Below, in pieces: positions 1 to 9,805 of a stretch of 64,000 nucleotides of DNA; within the stretch, counting starts at the first letter, position 1, and each line of letters starts with the position of its first letter. The DNA is from Actinomycetota bacterium (GTDB lineage Bacteria; Actinomycetota; Actinomycetes; Actinomycetales; Microbacteriaceae): positions 107-64,106 of the forward strand of contig JAZJZS010000013.1 of the NCBI GenBank assembly GCA_040389685.1. The letters are read 5' to 3'. The notes under the pieces are model-generated. The model searched no databases and was not told the origin of the DNA. It saw nothing but the letters and a program-made list of their open reading frames with translations. The position numbers were made by a program, and so were the translations under genes.

Positions 1-432
<432 letters not shown>

Positions 433-593
433 AACACTCTTTCCACCCCTTAGAAGGTGGGAAGCACAATGCTTGCGTCCACTGAGTGGTTCCCGATGTA
501 CGGTCGGGACTGCGTTGCTTGCTCGCCCTCCGGGCACGAGCATTTTGCTCGCCCTCCGGGCGACGAGCACGCATACACTGAAACATCAATAGT

Positions 594-712
594 GTTTCGG
601 CGGCCATAGCGAGAGGGAAACGCCCGGTCACATTCCGAACCCGGAAGCTAAGACTCTCTGCGCCGATGGTACTGCAAGGGGGACCTTGTGGGAGAGTAGG
701 ACACCGCCGGAC
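594..712 (+). rRNA. rrf: 5S rRNA
   Basis: GTTTCGGCGGCCATAGC...CCCGGTCACATTCCGAACCCGGAAGCTAAG...GCCGATGGTACTG...GGGAGAGTAGGACACCGCCGGAC; ends pair. Confidence 0.96.
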
Positions 713-723
713 TTCTTTGTAAG

Positions 724-772
724 ATGGCCACCCGCTGCGTTGAATAAACGCAGTTGGGTGGCCATTTTGCTT
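724..772 (+). terminator. rRNA operon intrinsic terminator
   Basis: ATGGCCACCC(724-733)/GGGTGGCCAT(756-765) plus inner CTGCGTT/AACGCAG stem, followed by TTTTGCTTT. Confidence 0.8.
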
Positions 773-848
773 TAATGCGCCGCGGGGCAATCGGGCGTTG
801 CACCACCGATAACTTCACCAGTGAACAACAGATGTCTCGAGGAGAGTC

Positions 849-1859
849 GTGTCCGATATCGGAGATCGCGCCGAACGCCCCGACGGGAAGCCTTTCGGCA
901 CCCGCCCGGATGGCGGCCGACCGCAGCGCGGCGCTCCCGCGGGCGCCCGTCCACCGCGGTCATCCGGGTCCAAGGGGGACCGGCCCCAGCGCGGTCGACC
1001 GGACGCGGACCTGTCGAAGAATCCGCGGGAGAGGCGTGCGGGCGCCGGGTACCAGGGCCGATCCGCGCAGGAGATCGAGGATCGCGACCCGTTCGGCACC
1101 AAATCGGTGCGTACGCGGCACGATGATCCGGTCATCCCCGATGACGTGCAACCGAAGGAGCTCGATCGCGTCGCCCGGGCACAGCTGAAGACCCTGAGCA
1201 AAGAAAACGCCGACGGTGTCGCGCAGCACCTCGCGATGGTGGCTCGACTCATCGACACGGATCCCACACTCGCTCATGCGCACGCAGTGTCCGCAGCTCG
1301 TCGTGCCGGCCGCATCGCCGTCGTGCGCGAGACACTCGCCATCACGGCCTATTCAATCGGTGACTTCGCGCTCGCCCTCCGCGAACTGAGGACCTACCGT
1401 CGTATTTCCGGGCGTGACGATCATTTGCCGCTCATGGTGGACAGCGAACGCGGATTGGGCCGCCCGGATCGCGCGCTCGAACTCGGACGGTCGGTCCCTC
1501 GAGGTTCGCTGCCGGTGGAAGTGCAGGTGCTTTTGGCGATCGCAATGTCCGGCGCCAGGCTCGATCTCGGACAGACGGATGCGGCCCTCGACGAGCTGCA
1601 GATTCCCCAGCTTGACCCGAATACCGCGTTCTCCTGGAGTCCGGCGCTGTTCGATGCCTACGCCGCGGTGCTTGAGGATCTCGGGCGTGAGCAGGAGGCC
1701 GAGGAGTGGTTGCAGCGGTCCGAGCGCGCGTCCGAGGCCATCGACGCGGGCGACCGCGATCCTGAGGATGACGTGATCGAAATTGTCGAGGAGGAATCGG
1801 GTGGCGATGACGGCCGGGATGCTGAAGCTCGTGCGCAGGAAGAGCCGCCAATTGGGTGA
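849..1859 (+). CDS. Conserved actinobacterial TPR-like hypothetical protein with low-complexity Arg/Gly-rich N-terminus
   Basis: GTG start; helical repeats (AVSAARRAGRIAVVRE, ALRELRTYRRISG, ADCERG-like VDSERGLGRPDRAL); usual position between rrn and HAD-IIA/tlyA. Confidence 0.75.
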   Translation: MSDIGDRAERPDGKPFGTRPDGGRPQRGAPAGARPPRSSGSKGDRPQRGRPDADLSKNPRERRAGAGYQGRSAQEIEDRDPFGTKSVRTRHDDPVIPDDVQPKELDRVARAQLKTLSKENADGVAQHLAMVARLIDTDPTLAHAHAVSAARRAGRIAVVRETLAITAYSIGDFALALRELRTYRRISGRDDHLPLMVDSERGLGRPDRALELGRSVPRGSLPVEVQVLLAIAMSGARLDLGQTDAALDELQIPQLDPNTAFSWSPALFDAYAAVLEDLGREQEAEEWLQRSERASEAIDAGDRDPEDDVIEIVEEESGGDDGRDAEARAQEEPPIG

Positions 1860-2862
1860 ACGCACCCCGCTCGACGGGGTCGACCTGGTACTCGCAGACC
1901 TCGATGGCGTGGTCTACACCGGCGATGCCGCGATCGAGCACGCCGTCGACAGCCTCAATGCCGCCGGCGCGACCCGGCGCGTCGGTTACCTTACCAATAA
2001 TGCGTCGCGCACCGCGGCATCCGTCGCCGGTCACCTGGCGAGCCTGGGCCTTAGGGCGGTGACCGAGGGCGATATCGTCACCTCCCCTCAGGCTGCGGTT
2101 CGCCTGCTCGCGGAGCTGGTTGCGCCCGGGGCGACCGTTCTCGTGGTCGGCGGCGACGGCCTGACCACCGTGGTCGAAGCGGCGGGCTTTGTGGTCACCA
2201 GGTCCGCTCTCGACGGGCCGGCCGCCGTCATCCAGGGTTTCGCGCCGGAGGTCGGCTGGAAGGATCTCGCCGAGGCGTCGTTCGCACTCAACGACGGTCC
2301 GGAACGGCCGTGGGTGGCGACCAACACCGACTGGACGATCCCGGTCGCGCGGGGTATCGCTCCCGGCAACGGCACGCTGGTCGGCGCCGTGCACAACGCT
2401 GTGGGGCGGCTTCCCGTCGTGGCGGGGAAGCCGGAGGTCGCGATCTTCGAGGAGGCGGTCCGTCGGTTCGGCGGGTCGAAACCGTTGTTCATCGGAGACC
2501 GGCTGGACACCGACATCCTCGGGGCGAATCGCGCGGGCCTGGACTCTGTGCTGGTGCTCACCGGAGTTGACGGACGCAAACAGGCACTCGCGGCGAACGC
2601 GATGTCCCGCCCGACCTACCTTCTCGGCGACCTCCGGGAGTTGGCCGAACCGTATCCCGAGGCGGTGCAGAGAACGGATGCGCGCACCGGCGACACTGTC
2701 GTCACCGTCGGTCGCGCCTCAGTGCGTCTGGCGAAGACGGTGGTCACTGTCGAGCGCACCGGCGACAGGCCGATCGATCTTCTGCGCGCCGCAACGACTC
2801 TCATCTGGGGCTCCGGGCTGCCGATCTACGGGCTGGACGTCGCGCCGGAACTGTACTCGTGA
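1819..2862 (+). CDS. HAD-IIA family hydrolase (NagD-like)
   Basis: DLDGVVY motif I, TNN, GKP, IGDRLDTDI, VLTGV; start chosen at ATG 1819. Confidence 0.9.
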   Translation: MLKLVRRKSRQLGERTPLDGVDLVLADLDGVVYTGDAAIEHAVDSLNAAGATRRVGYLTNNASRTAASVAGHLASLGLRAVTEGDIVTSPQAAVRLLAELVAPGATVLVVGGDGLTTVVEAAGFVVTRSALDGPAAVIQGFAPEVGWKDLAEASFALNDGPERPWVATNTDWTIPVARGIAPGNGTLVGAVHNAVGRLPVVAGKPEVAIFEEAVRRFGGSKPLFIGDRLDTDILGANRAGLDSVLVLTGVDGRKQALAANAMSRPTYLLGDLRELAEPYPEAVQRTDARTGDTVVTVGRASVRLAKTVVTVERTGDRPIDLLRAATTLIWGSGLPIYGLDVAPELYS

Positions 2863-2877
2863 GGGTAGCGTGGGTGG

Positions 2878-3090
2878 ATGCCTGCTGACAACGTTGCCGA
2901 CACGCCCCCCATGAACAGCGAGGACGCGAGCGCGCTTCTGCCCCGCTTGCGCGTGATCGAAGACCAGCCGCTTTCCTCACGTGCGGCCGCCTTCGTGCAG
3001 ATCCACGACCGCTTGCAGGCGAGCCTCGAGGGCTCACTCCGAGACGGCCATCGGGACGTTGGAGCGGACGCACCGGGAAAGCATGGCTGA
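2878..3090 (+). CDS. Small hypothetical protein upstream of tlyA
   Basis: ORF with TAGCGT -10-like hexamer 6 nt before ATG; overlaps tlyA start. Confidence 0.6.
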   Translation: MPADNVADTPPMNSEDASALLPRLRVIEDQPLSSRAAAFVQIHDRLQASLEGSLRDGHRDVGADAPGKHG

Positions 3091-3892
3091 GGTTCGGCTC
3101 GATGCCGCGCTGGCGGAACGCGGGATCGCCCGCTCGCGCACCCACGCGGCCCGCCTGATCACCGAGGGCTCGGTCACGGTCGATGGCCGATCAGTGATCA
3201 AGCCGTCCGCCCGGGTCGGAGACGACCAGGTGCTCGCGCTCACGGCCATCGACCATTACGTCAGCCGTGCGGCCCACAAACTGCTCGCGGCACTCGACGC
3301 ATTCGGGGCGCCTGTCGGCGGACGGGTGGCGCTCGACGTCGGAGCATCGACCGGCGGGTTCACGCAGGTTCTGCTCGAGCGGGGAGCGGCCGCGGTCGTG
3401 GCCCTCGACGTCGGGCACGGCCAGTTGGATCCGTTCATCGGCAACAACGCGGCGGTCACGGTGATCGAGGGCTTCAATGCGCGTGAACTCACCGTGTCCG
3501 GCCTGGATGCCGCAGCCGGCCACCCGGTGCGCGCGAGCCTAGTGGTCGCCGACCTCTCGTTCATCTCGCTGACCACGGTGCTGCCCGCTCTCGTGGCGAC
3601 CGTCGGAATCGGAGCCGACTACATCCTGCTCATCAAACCGCAGTTCGAGGTGGGGCGTACCGGAGTGAAGGAAGGCATCGTTCACGATCCCGGGCTGCGG
3701 GCGGATGCGATCAGCGACGTGCTCTGGGCGGCATGGGACCTGGAGCTCCCGACGGCCGGTCTCATCTCCTCACCAATTCTCGGGGCGGCCGGAAATCATG
3801 AGTATCTGGCCTGGTTCAGCACCGGCTCGGGCCGCAATCCTACAGAATGGAGAGAGCGGGTCCTCGCCCTCTCCCGACCAACGTCACCCTGA
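3083..3892 (+). CDS. tlyA: TlyA family rRNA 2'-O-methyltransferase
   Basis: S4 domain RLDAALAERG..SRTHA; YVSRAAHKL, LDVGASTGGFT, DLSFISL, LIKPQFEVG. Confidence 0.95.
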   Translation: MAEVRLDAALAERGIARSRTHAARLITEGSVTVDGRSVIKPSARVGDDQVLALTAIDHYVSRAAHKLLAALDAFGAPVGGRVALDVGASTGGFTQVLLERGAAAVVALDVGHGQLDPFIGNNAAVTVIEGFNARELTVSGLDAAAGHPVRASLVVADLSFISLTTVLPALVATVGIGADYILLIKPQFEVGRTGVKEGIVHDPGLRADAISDVLWAAWDLELPTAGLISSPILGAAGNHEYLAWFSTGSGRNPTEWRERVLALSRPTSP

Positions 3893-3995
3893 CCGGAGGG
3901 ATGGCGGGAATTCGGGATATCCGAGCCACGACATCCTCCCCCCAGCCCGATAGTGATAGCAGCCGGTGATCGCCCGAGAAGCGCAAGGAGAGCCA

Positions 3996-4919
3996 GTGTC
4001 CGAACGCTTCATGCTCGTGGTCGCACATACCGGCCGCCAGGATTCCCTCGCCGCCGCGGTGACCGTCTCGCGGCAGCTTCTCGCCGCCGGGGTGACACCC
4101 GTGATGAAGGCCGATGAGCACGCCGATGTGCTTGCCCACGCCCCGGAACTCACCGCGATGGCCGTGCTCGGTGTGAACGTCACCGTCGCCGACGTCGAAC
4201 TGGCGATCGTGCTCGGCGGCGACGGCACCATCTTGCGCGCGGCCGAGCTGACCCGCGGCTGTGCAGCGCCGTTGCTCGGAGTGAACCTCGGGCACGTCGG
4301 CTTTCTCGCCGAAAGCGAACGCGACAACCTCACCGACACGGTGCGGCGTGCCCTCGCCCGCGACTACGAGGTCGAAGAACGGATGACCCTCGCCGTGCGG
4401 GTGAAGGTCGAGTCGGAAGTCATCTACGAGACCTGGGCGCTCAACGAGGCGACGGTTGAGAAGGCCAGCCGGGAGCGGATGCTCGAGGTCGTCATCGAGG
4501 TCGACGGGCGCCCCCTGTCGTCCTTCGGTTGCGATGGTGTGGTGATGTCGACGCCGACGGGATCGACGGCATACTCGTTCTCCGCCGGTGGCCCGATCGT
4601 CTGGCCGGAGCTCGAAGCGATGCTGCTCGTGCCCCTGAGCCCCCACGCCCTCTTCGCGCGCCCGCTCGTCGTGGGGCGCGACTCGGTGTTCGCTGTCGAA
4701 GTGCTCGCTCGCACCCAGGGGACCGGAGTGCTCTGGTGCGACGGCCGTCGCACCCACGACCTCCCTCCCGGTGCCAGGGTGATCGTACGCCGCTCGCCGG
4801 TGCCGGTGCGTCTCGCGCGCCTGCATCGCGGCCCCTTCACCAACCGGCTGGTCAACAAGTTCCACCTGCCGACCAGTGGATGGCGTGGTCCCCTCGACGG
4901 CGAAGGCGCCAGCGCGTGA
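3996..4919 (+). CDS. nadK: NAD kinase
   Basis: LGGDGTIL, GVNLGHVGFL, NE, DG...STPTGSTAYSFSAGGP; AAGGAG RBS before GTG 3996. Confidence 0.95.
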   Translation: MSERFMLVVAHTGRQDSLAAAVTVSRQLLAAGVTPVMKADEHADVLAHAPELTAMAVLGVNVTVADVELAIVLGGDGTILRAAELTRGCAAPLLGVNLGHVGFLAESERDNLTDTVRRALARDYEVEERMTLAVRVKVESEVIYETWALNEATVEKASRERMLEVVIEVDGRPLSSFGCDGVVMSTPTGSTAYSFSAGGPIVWPELEAMLLVPLSPHALFARPLVVGRDSVFAVEVLARTQGTGVLWCDGRRTHDLPPGARVIVRRSPVPVRLARLHRGPFTNRLVNKFHLPTSGWRGPLDGEGASA

Positions 4920-6622
4920 TCGAGGAGATCTTCATTCGCGACCTCGGCGTGATCGGCGAAGCGAGGCTGCCACTCGGCCCCGGGTTCACCGCGATCACCG
5001 GCGAGACAGGGGCCGGCAAGACGATGGTGGTCACGGCGCTCGGACTCCTGCTCGGGGAGCGTTCGGACAGCTCGGTGCTGCGGCAGGGTAGCGGCTCTGC
5101 CGTTGTCGAAGGGCGCTGGCTGGTCGACTCGCACGGTGCGGTCGCCGAGCGGGTGCGCGACGCCGGCGGCGACCTCGACGACGGTGAGTTGATCCTCGCC
5201 CGGTCGGTGTCGCCGGAGGGTCGCAGCCGAGCAACGGTCGGCGGTCGCACGACCCCGGTCAGCGTGCTCGCCGAACTCGGCGGACAGCTGGTGGTCGTGC
5301 ACGGGCAGTCGGACCAGGTGCGACTGCGCTCGGCGACCGCGCAGCGTGAGGCGCTCGACAGGTTCGCCGGCCCCGCGCTCGCGACCGTGCTCGCCGACTA
5401 CCAGGACACCTTTCGGCGCTGGCAGTCCAACCAGGGTGAACTCGAGGTGATAGTGGCCGAACGCGATGCGCGGGTGGATGAGGCTGCCGCGCTGCGCCAG
5501 GCGATGGCGGAAATCGAGTCGGTGGCGCCGCACGCCGGCGAAGACGGGGAGCTCGCGGAGCGGGCGGACCGGCTGACCAACCTCGAGGACCTGCGGCTCG
5601 CGGCATCCGAGGCCCATGAGCTCGTGTCATCCGAAGACCTGGCTGAGCCGCGCGATGCGCTCGGGCTTCTGGATTCGGCGCGTCGGCGCCTTGACCGAGT
5701 GGCCAGCCACGATGCGACCCTCGCCCCGATCGTCGAGGCCCTCGCAAATGTGAGCTATCTGGTGGCCGATGTCTCGGCGCAGCTCGCCAGCTATCTTGGG
5801 GGACTCGACGGCGACAGCGCACGAGAGCTCGAGGCGGTGCAGGCTCGTCGAGCGGATCTCGGGGAGATCTGCCGCAAATACGGGCCGACCCTCGAAGAGA
5901 CGATCGCTTACTTCGACAACGGCAGCCTCAGGCTCCTTGAACTCGACCAGGATTCCGACCGGATCGACCGCTTGCGCACTGAGGTCGAGGCCGATCGCGC
6001 GCGCGTGGTGCAGCTCGCCGACGAGCTCGGCCGGGTGCGTCGTGACTTCGCCCGGCAGCTCGGCGAGAGGGTGAGTGACGAGCTGGCTGCCCTGGCGATG
6101 CCGAACGCCCGCTTAGCGGTCGAGGTGACGCAGCGCCAGGATTACGGCCTCAGCGGACGGGATGCCGTCGCGATCCAGCTCGCGCCGCATCCCGGAGCGG
6201 AGCCTCGACCGCTCGGGCGCGGGGCATCCGGGGGCGAACTCTCCCGGGTGATGCTGGCGATCGAGGTGGTGATCGCTGCGAGCGATCCGGTGCCGACCTT
6301 CATCTTCGACGAGGTGGATGCCGGGGTCGGGGGGGCGTCGGCGATCGAGATCGGTCGCCGGCTTGCGCGCTTGGCGCGCACCGCGCAGGTGATCGCAGTC
6401 ACTCACCTCGCCCAGGTCGCGGCGTTTTCCACCAATCATCTCCGCGTCGTGAAGGACAGCGACGGCGCCGTGACGGCCTCGAGTGTGCAACAGCTCCGTG
6501 GCGAGGAACGGATCGAGGAAATGGCCCGACTGCTTTCCGGCCTCAGCGCTTCCGAGAGCGGCCTGCAACACGCCCGCGAACTCATCGAGACCGCGCGCGG
6601 TCTCGAGCGCGACACGCGCTAG
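4916..6622 (+). CDS. recN: DNA repair protein RecN
   Basis: ITGETGAGKT Walker A, VHGQSDQ, ASGGELSRVMLA, FIFDEVDAGVGG, VTHLAQVAA. Confidence 0.97.
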   Translation: MIEEIFIRDLGVIGEARLPLGPGFTAITGETGAGKTMVVTALGLLLGERSDSSVLRQGSGSAVVEGRWLVDSHGAVAERVRDAGGDLDDGELILARSVSPEGRSRATVGGRTTPVSVLAELGGQLVVVHGQSDQVRLRSATAQREALDRFAGPALATVLADYQDTFRRWQSNQGELEVIVAERDARVDEAAALRQAMAEIESVAPHAGEDGELAERADRLTNLEDLRLAASEAHELVSSEDLAEPRDALGLLDSARRRLDRVASHDATLAPIVEALANVSYLVADVSAQLASYLGGLDGDSARELEAVQARRADLGEICRKYGPTLEETIAYFDNGSLRLLELDQDSDRIDRLRTEVEADRARVVQLADELGRVRRDFARQLGERVSDELAALAMPNARLAVEVTQRQDYGLSGRDAVAIQLAPHPGAEPRPLGRGASGGELSRVMLAIEVVIAASDPVPTFIFDEVDAGVGGASAIEIGRRLARLARTAQVIAVTHLAQVAAFSTNHLRVVKDSDGAVTASSVQQLRGEERIEEMARLLSGLSASESGLQHARELIETARGLERDTR

Positions 6623-7374
6623 CGGTCGAGTTCGACGCGCACGCCGCGGGGAGTTCGGGCGAGAGTGCCGGCGCCCTCGAACGCCGCCTCGAGGTGCGCG
6701 CGCGTGTGGCTGAAGTGGGTCCAGTCTTCGGTATGGAGACCGACCACGATGCGAGCCCCGAGGTAGTGGGCGGCGGTTGCGGCATCCGTCGAATTGAGGG
6801 TCAAATCGGCATCGATTCCCTCCACCCTGGCTGCCCCCGCGAAGAGGATCGCGATGTCGACCGGGGCGAAACGATCGGCGATCTGACGCACCAGGGGGAG
6901 CGACGCGTTGTCGCCGCTGACGTACACGGTCGGCTCACCGGGGGACTCGAGGATGAACCCGATGACGGGTCCGACCAGCGGTTCGGAACCGGGCGGACCG
7001 TGCAGGGCGGGCATGGCCGTGATGGTCACGGCGCCGAAATCGAAGCTCTCCCAGCTGTCGAGCCCGATGACGCTGCCGCCGAACAGGTCATCCGCGGCCT
7101 TGCGGGTGCTCAACGTCGGGATGCCCTGCGCGATGAGTTCGAGGCCCTCCCAGTCGAGGTTGTCCTTGTGGCCATGATGCGACAGCAGCACCAGGTCGAC
7201 CGCACCCAGGTTTTCGCGGGCGATGGCCGGGCCCGCGGTTTTCACCAGCGTCGTCTCGTGCGGATCTTCGTAGGTCTGCGGACCGTCGAAGGTGGGATCG
7301 GTGACGATCCGCAGCCCGGCGTATTCGAGCAGGGCGGTGGGTCCGCCGATGAAGGTGATGGCTGTCGCAGGCAC
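6619..7374 (-). CDS. MBL-fold metallo-hydrolase (UlaG-like)
   Basis: [40 protein letters not shown]. Confidence 0.85.
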   Translation of the reverse strand: MPATAITFIGGPTALLEYAGLRIVTDPTFDGPQTYEDPHETTLVKTAGPAIARENLGAVDLVLLSHHGHKDNLDWEGLELIAQGIPTLSTRKAADDLFGGSVIGLDSWESFDFGAVTITAMPALHGPPGSEPLVGPVIGFILESPGEPTVYVSGDNASLPLVRQIADRFAPVDIAILFAGAARVEGIDADLTLNSTDAATAAHYLGARIVVGLHTEDWTHFSHTRAHLEAAFEGAGTLARTPRGVRVELDR

Positions 7375-7397
7375 AGTGCGAGCCTACGCTTACAGTC

Positions 7398-9314
7398 ATG
7401 GCCGATCGACTCGCGGATGCTGTGAGCCCCTATCTGCGATCGCACGCCGCGAACCCGGTCGACTGGTTCCCCTGGGGCGAGGCGGCCTTCGCGGAAGCCC
7501 GTCGGCGGGATGTTCCCGTGTTGGTCTCGATCGGGTATTCGACCTGTCACTGGTGCCATGTGATGTCGCGGGAGAGCTTCAGCGATCCGGTGATCGCCGC
7601 CGTCCTCGCCGCGAACTTCGTGGCCGTCAAGGTGGACCGGGAGGAGCATCCGGATGTCGACGCCAGTTATCTCGCCGCCGCCGGTGCATTCACCGGCAAC
7701 CTGGGCTGGCCCCTCAACGTCTTCGTCACGCCGCGGGGCACGGCGTTCTTTGCGGGCACCTACTGGCCGCCCGTCGCCATAGGTGAACTGCCCTCTTTCG
7801 GGCAGGTCCTCGACGCCGTGACGGATGCCTGGACCTCCCGCCGTTCCGAGGTCGAGCAGACGGCGGCCGCGATCGCCGACGCGTTGCGGGGGTCGGCCGA
7901 CCGTGTGGCGACACCGGCGGCCACCATGCCTGTCGACGAGTTGCTCGCCGCCGCGGTCGACCATCTCGTCGCCTCGGAGGATGGAGAGTTCGGCGGGTTC
8001 GGCGGCGCGCCGAAGTTTCCGGTCGCGCCGGTGCTGCTCTTCGTGCTCGAGCGCGCTGCCGGGGGAGACACGGTGGCGCTCGCGCTGGCCCGGCGCACGC
8101 TCGCCGCGATCTGCGGACAGCGGCTGCCGCCCTCGCGGTCCATCGCGGCCTTGCGGGACAGGGTCGACGGTGGATTCTTTCGGTATGCGACGAAACGCGA
8201 CTGGAGCGATCCGCACTTCGAACGCATGCTCTACGACAACGCCCAACTGCTCGTCGCTTTCACCCGGCTGGCCCAGCTGGATGCCGGTGGGCGTCACGAA
8301 GCTATCGAGGTGGCGGAGGGGATCGCCGCATTCCTCATCGAGGTGATGGAGCAGCCGGATGGGGGCTTCGCGTCGGCGCAGGACAGCGAGAGCACCGTCG
8401 GCGGGGTGCGGCTCGAGGGTGCCTACTTCGCCCTCGATGCGGCGGCGCGGGTGGCCCAACAGCCGCCACCGCTCGATGCCAAGCTGCTCACCGGCTGGAA
8501 CGGGCTCGCCATCGGGGCCCTCGCGACCGCCGGATTCGTGCTCGGCCGGGAAGGGTGGCTCGCCGCCGCGCGCCGAGCGGCCGACGCGGTGATCGCTCGG
8601 CACCTGCGCGACGACGGAACGCTTCTCCGGGCATCGGTCGGCGGGCGGATGTCTTCGGCCTACGCCACGCTGGAGGACTATGGCATGTTCGCCGGCGGCC
8701 TGCTCGACCTGGCCGCCGCGACCGGTGAGGCACGCTATGCGGAGGTCGCCCGCGACCTGGTGGACCGCTCGCTCTACTCGGGTGGACGCGGCACCTTCGG
8801 GGTGCCTGGCGGAGCCGACCCGGTGCTCGTGGCGCAGGGTATCGCGATCGAGAACGACCCTTCGGAGGGCGCCTACCCCTCCGGCCTGAGCGCGATGGCG
8901 AAAGCGTGCGCCTCGCTGTACCTCATCACGGGGGACCTGCCCTACCGGGAGGCTGCGGACCGGGCGATCCACCGGCTGTTGCCCCTCGCCGCCCCGCGCC
9001 CGGTGTCGTTCGGTGCCACGCTCACCGTGGCATCCGCTCTCGCCCGGCCGATCGAACAGCTCGTGGTCGTGAGCGATGATCGCCACTCGCCGCTGCCGAC
9101 CGTGGCCAGAAGCCTGTACCGCAGCGGGATGTTCACCACCGTGGTGACGCTCCGCCAGGCGGCGGCCTTCGCCAACGCGGGATTCGAGCTGTTTGATGGG
9201 CGCCAACGCGAGGCAGCCTACCTGTGCCGGAGCTTCGTCTGCCGACTTCCGCTCACCGACGCGGACGAGTTGGTCGACGCGCTCGGCCAGCCGGCCCGAG
9301 GGACGTCGGCCTAA
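7398..9314 (+). CDS. Thioredoxin-domain protein, YyaL/SSP411 family
   Basis: [64 protein letters not shown]. Confidence 0.92.
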   Translation: MADRLADAVSPYLRSHAANPVDWFPWGEAAFAEARRRDVPVLVSIGYSTCHWCHVMSRESFSDPVIAAVLAANFVAVKVDREEHPDVDASYLAAAGAFTGNLGWPLNVFVTPRGTAFFAGTYWPPVAIGELPSFGQVLDAVTDAWTSRRSEVEQTAAAIADALRGSADRVATPAATMPVDELLAAAVDHLVASEDGEFGGFGGAPKFPVAPVLLFVLERAAGGDTVALALARRTLAAICGQRLPPSRSIAALRDRVDGGFFRYATKRDWSDPHFERMLYDNAQLLVAFTRLAQLDAGGRHEAIEVAEGIAAFLIEVMEQPDGGFASAQDSESTVGGVRLEGAYFALDAAARVAQQPPPLDAKLLTGWNGLAIGALATAGFVLGREGWLAAARRAADAVIARHLRDDGTLLRASVGGRMSSAYATLEDYGMFAGGLLDLAAATGEARYAEVARDLVDRSLYSGGRGTFGVPGGADPVLVAQGIAIENDPSEGAYPSGLSAMAKACASLYLITGDLPYREAADRAIHRLLPLAAPRPVSFGATLTVASALARPIEQLVVVSDDRHSPLPTVARSLYRSGMFTTVVTLRQAAAFANAGFELFDGRQREAAYLCRSFVCRLPLTDADELVDALGQPARGTSA

Positions 9315-9333
9315 CGCCAGCCGGGGAGCCAGT
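9311..9333. repeat. Left copy of 23-bp direct repeat matching the last codons of pmt
   Basis: CTAACGCCAGCCGGGGAGCCAGT vs 14798-14820 CTAGCGCCAGCCGGGGAGCCAGT (22/23); both read WLPGWR* on the minus strand. Confidence 0.85.
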
Positions 9334-9581
9334 TGCCACGAGGGAGGCAAGCAGCGGAAAGGTTGGCAGGATCGCGAGGGGCAGGCTGCGCCTGTATTCG
9401 CCGGATGCCGTAGCGAACCGCATTGAGGGCTAGCGTCGGCGGCCGTCAGGGCGATCGGCGGGAGAGCGAGAGTCACGTGGATGAGAGTTGAGTGCGCGGA
9501 CACGGCACCATGGCACGCGAGCGGATAGCACGAGATGTCTGCGCCCCCGCGGACGCCGAGTATCCTCACGTCGGCGGCCAG

Positions 9582-9595
9582 TGGAAGCGTTTCCA
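9582..9595. promoter_or_regulatory. Candidate LacI-family operator (distal)
   Basis: TGGAAGCGTTTCCA fits TGnAAnCGnTTnCA. Confidence 0.6.
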
Positions 9596-9683
9596 ACCAG
9601 GCGGAGAACCAGCGTTGATGATTGTGCGCATTGCCGAACAATTCGACCACTCTGAGGCGAGCGTTCATTGAATGATCCTGTTG

Positions 9684-9726
9684 TTGCGTTTCAGGCGACG
9701 CCTTGCTATAACTGGAAACGCTTGCA
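9684..9726 (+). promoter_or_regulatory. Sigma-A type promoter of malE with overlapping LacI-family operator
   Basis: TTGCGT(9684-9689)-N17-TATAAC(9707-9712), immediately followed by TGGAAACGCTTGCA (9713-9726). Confidence 0.75.
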
Positions 9727-9805
9727 TCATTCCGGGAGAGAGTCCTCTCGCCTCTCTGTGGAGGTGGGCCTGACCTCCCACCACACAGAATAGAAAGGCC
9801 CACCA

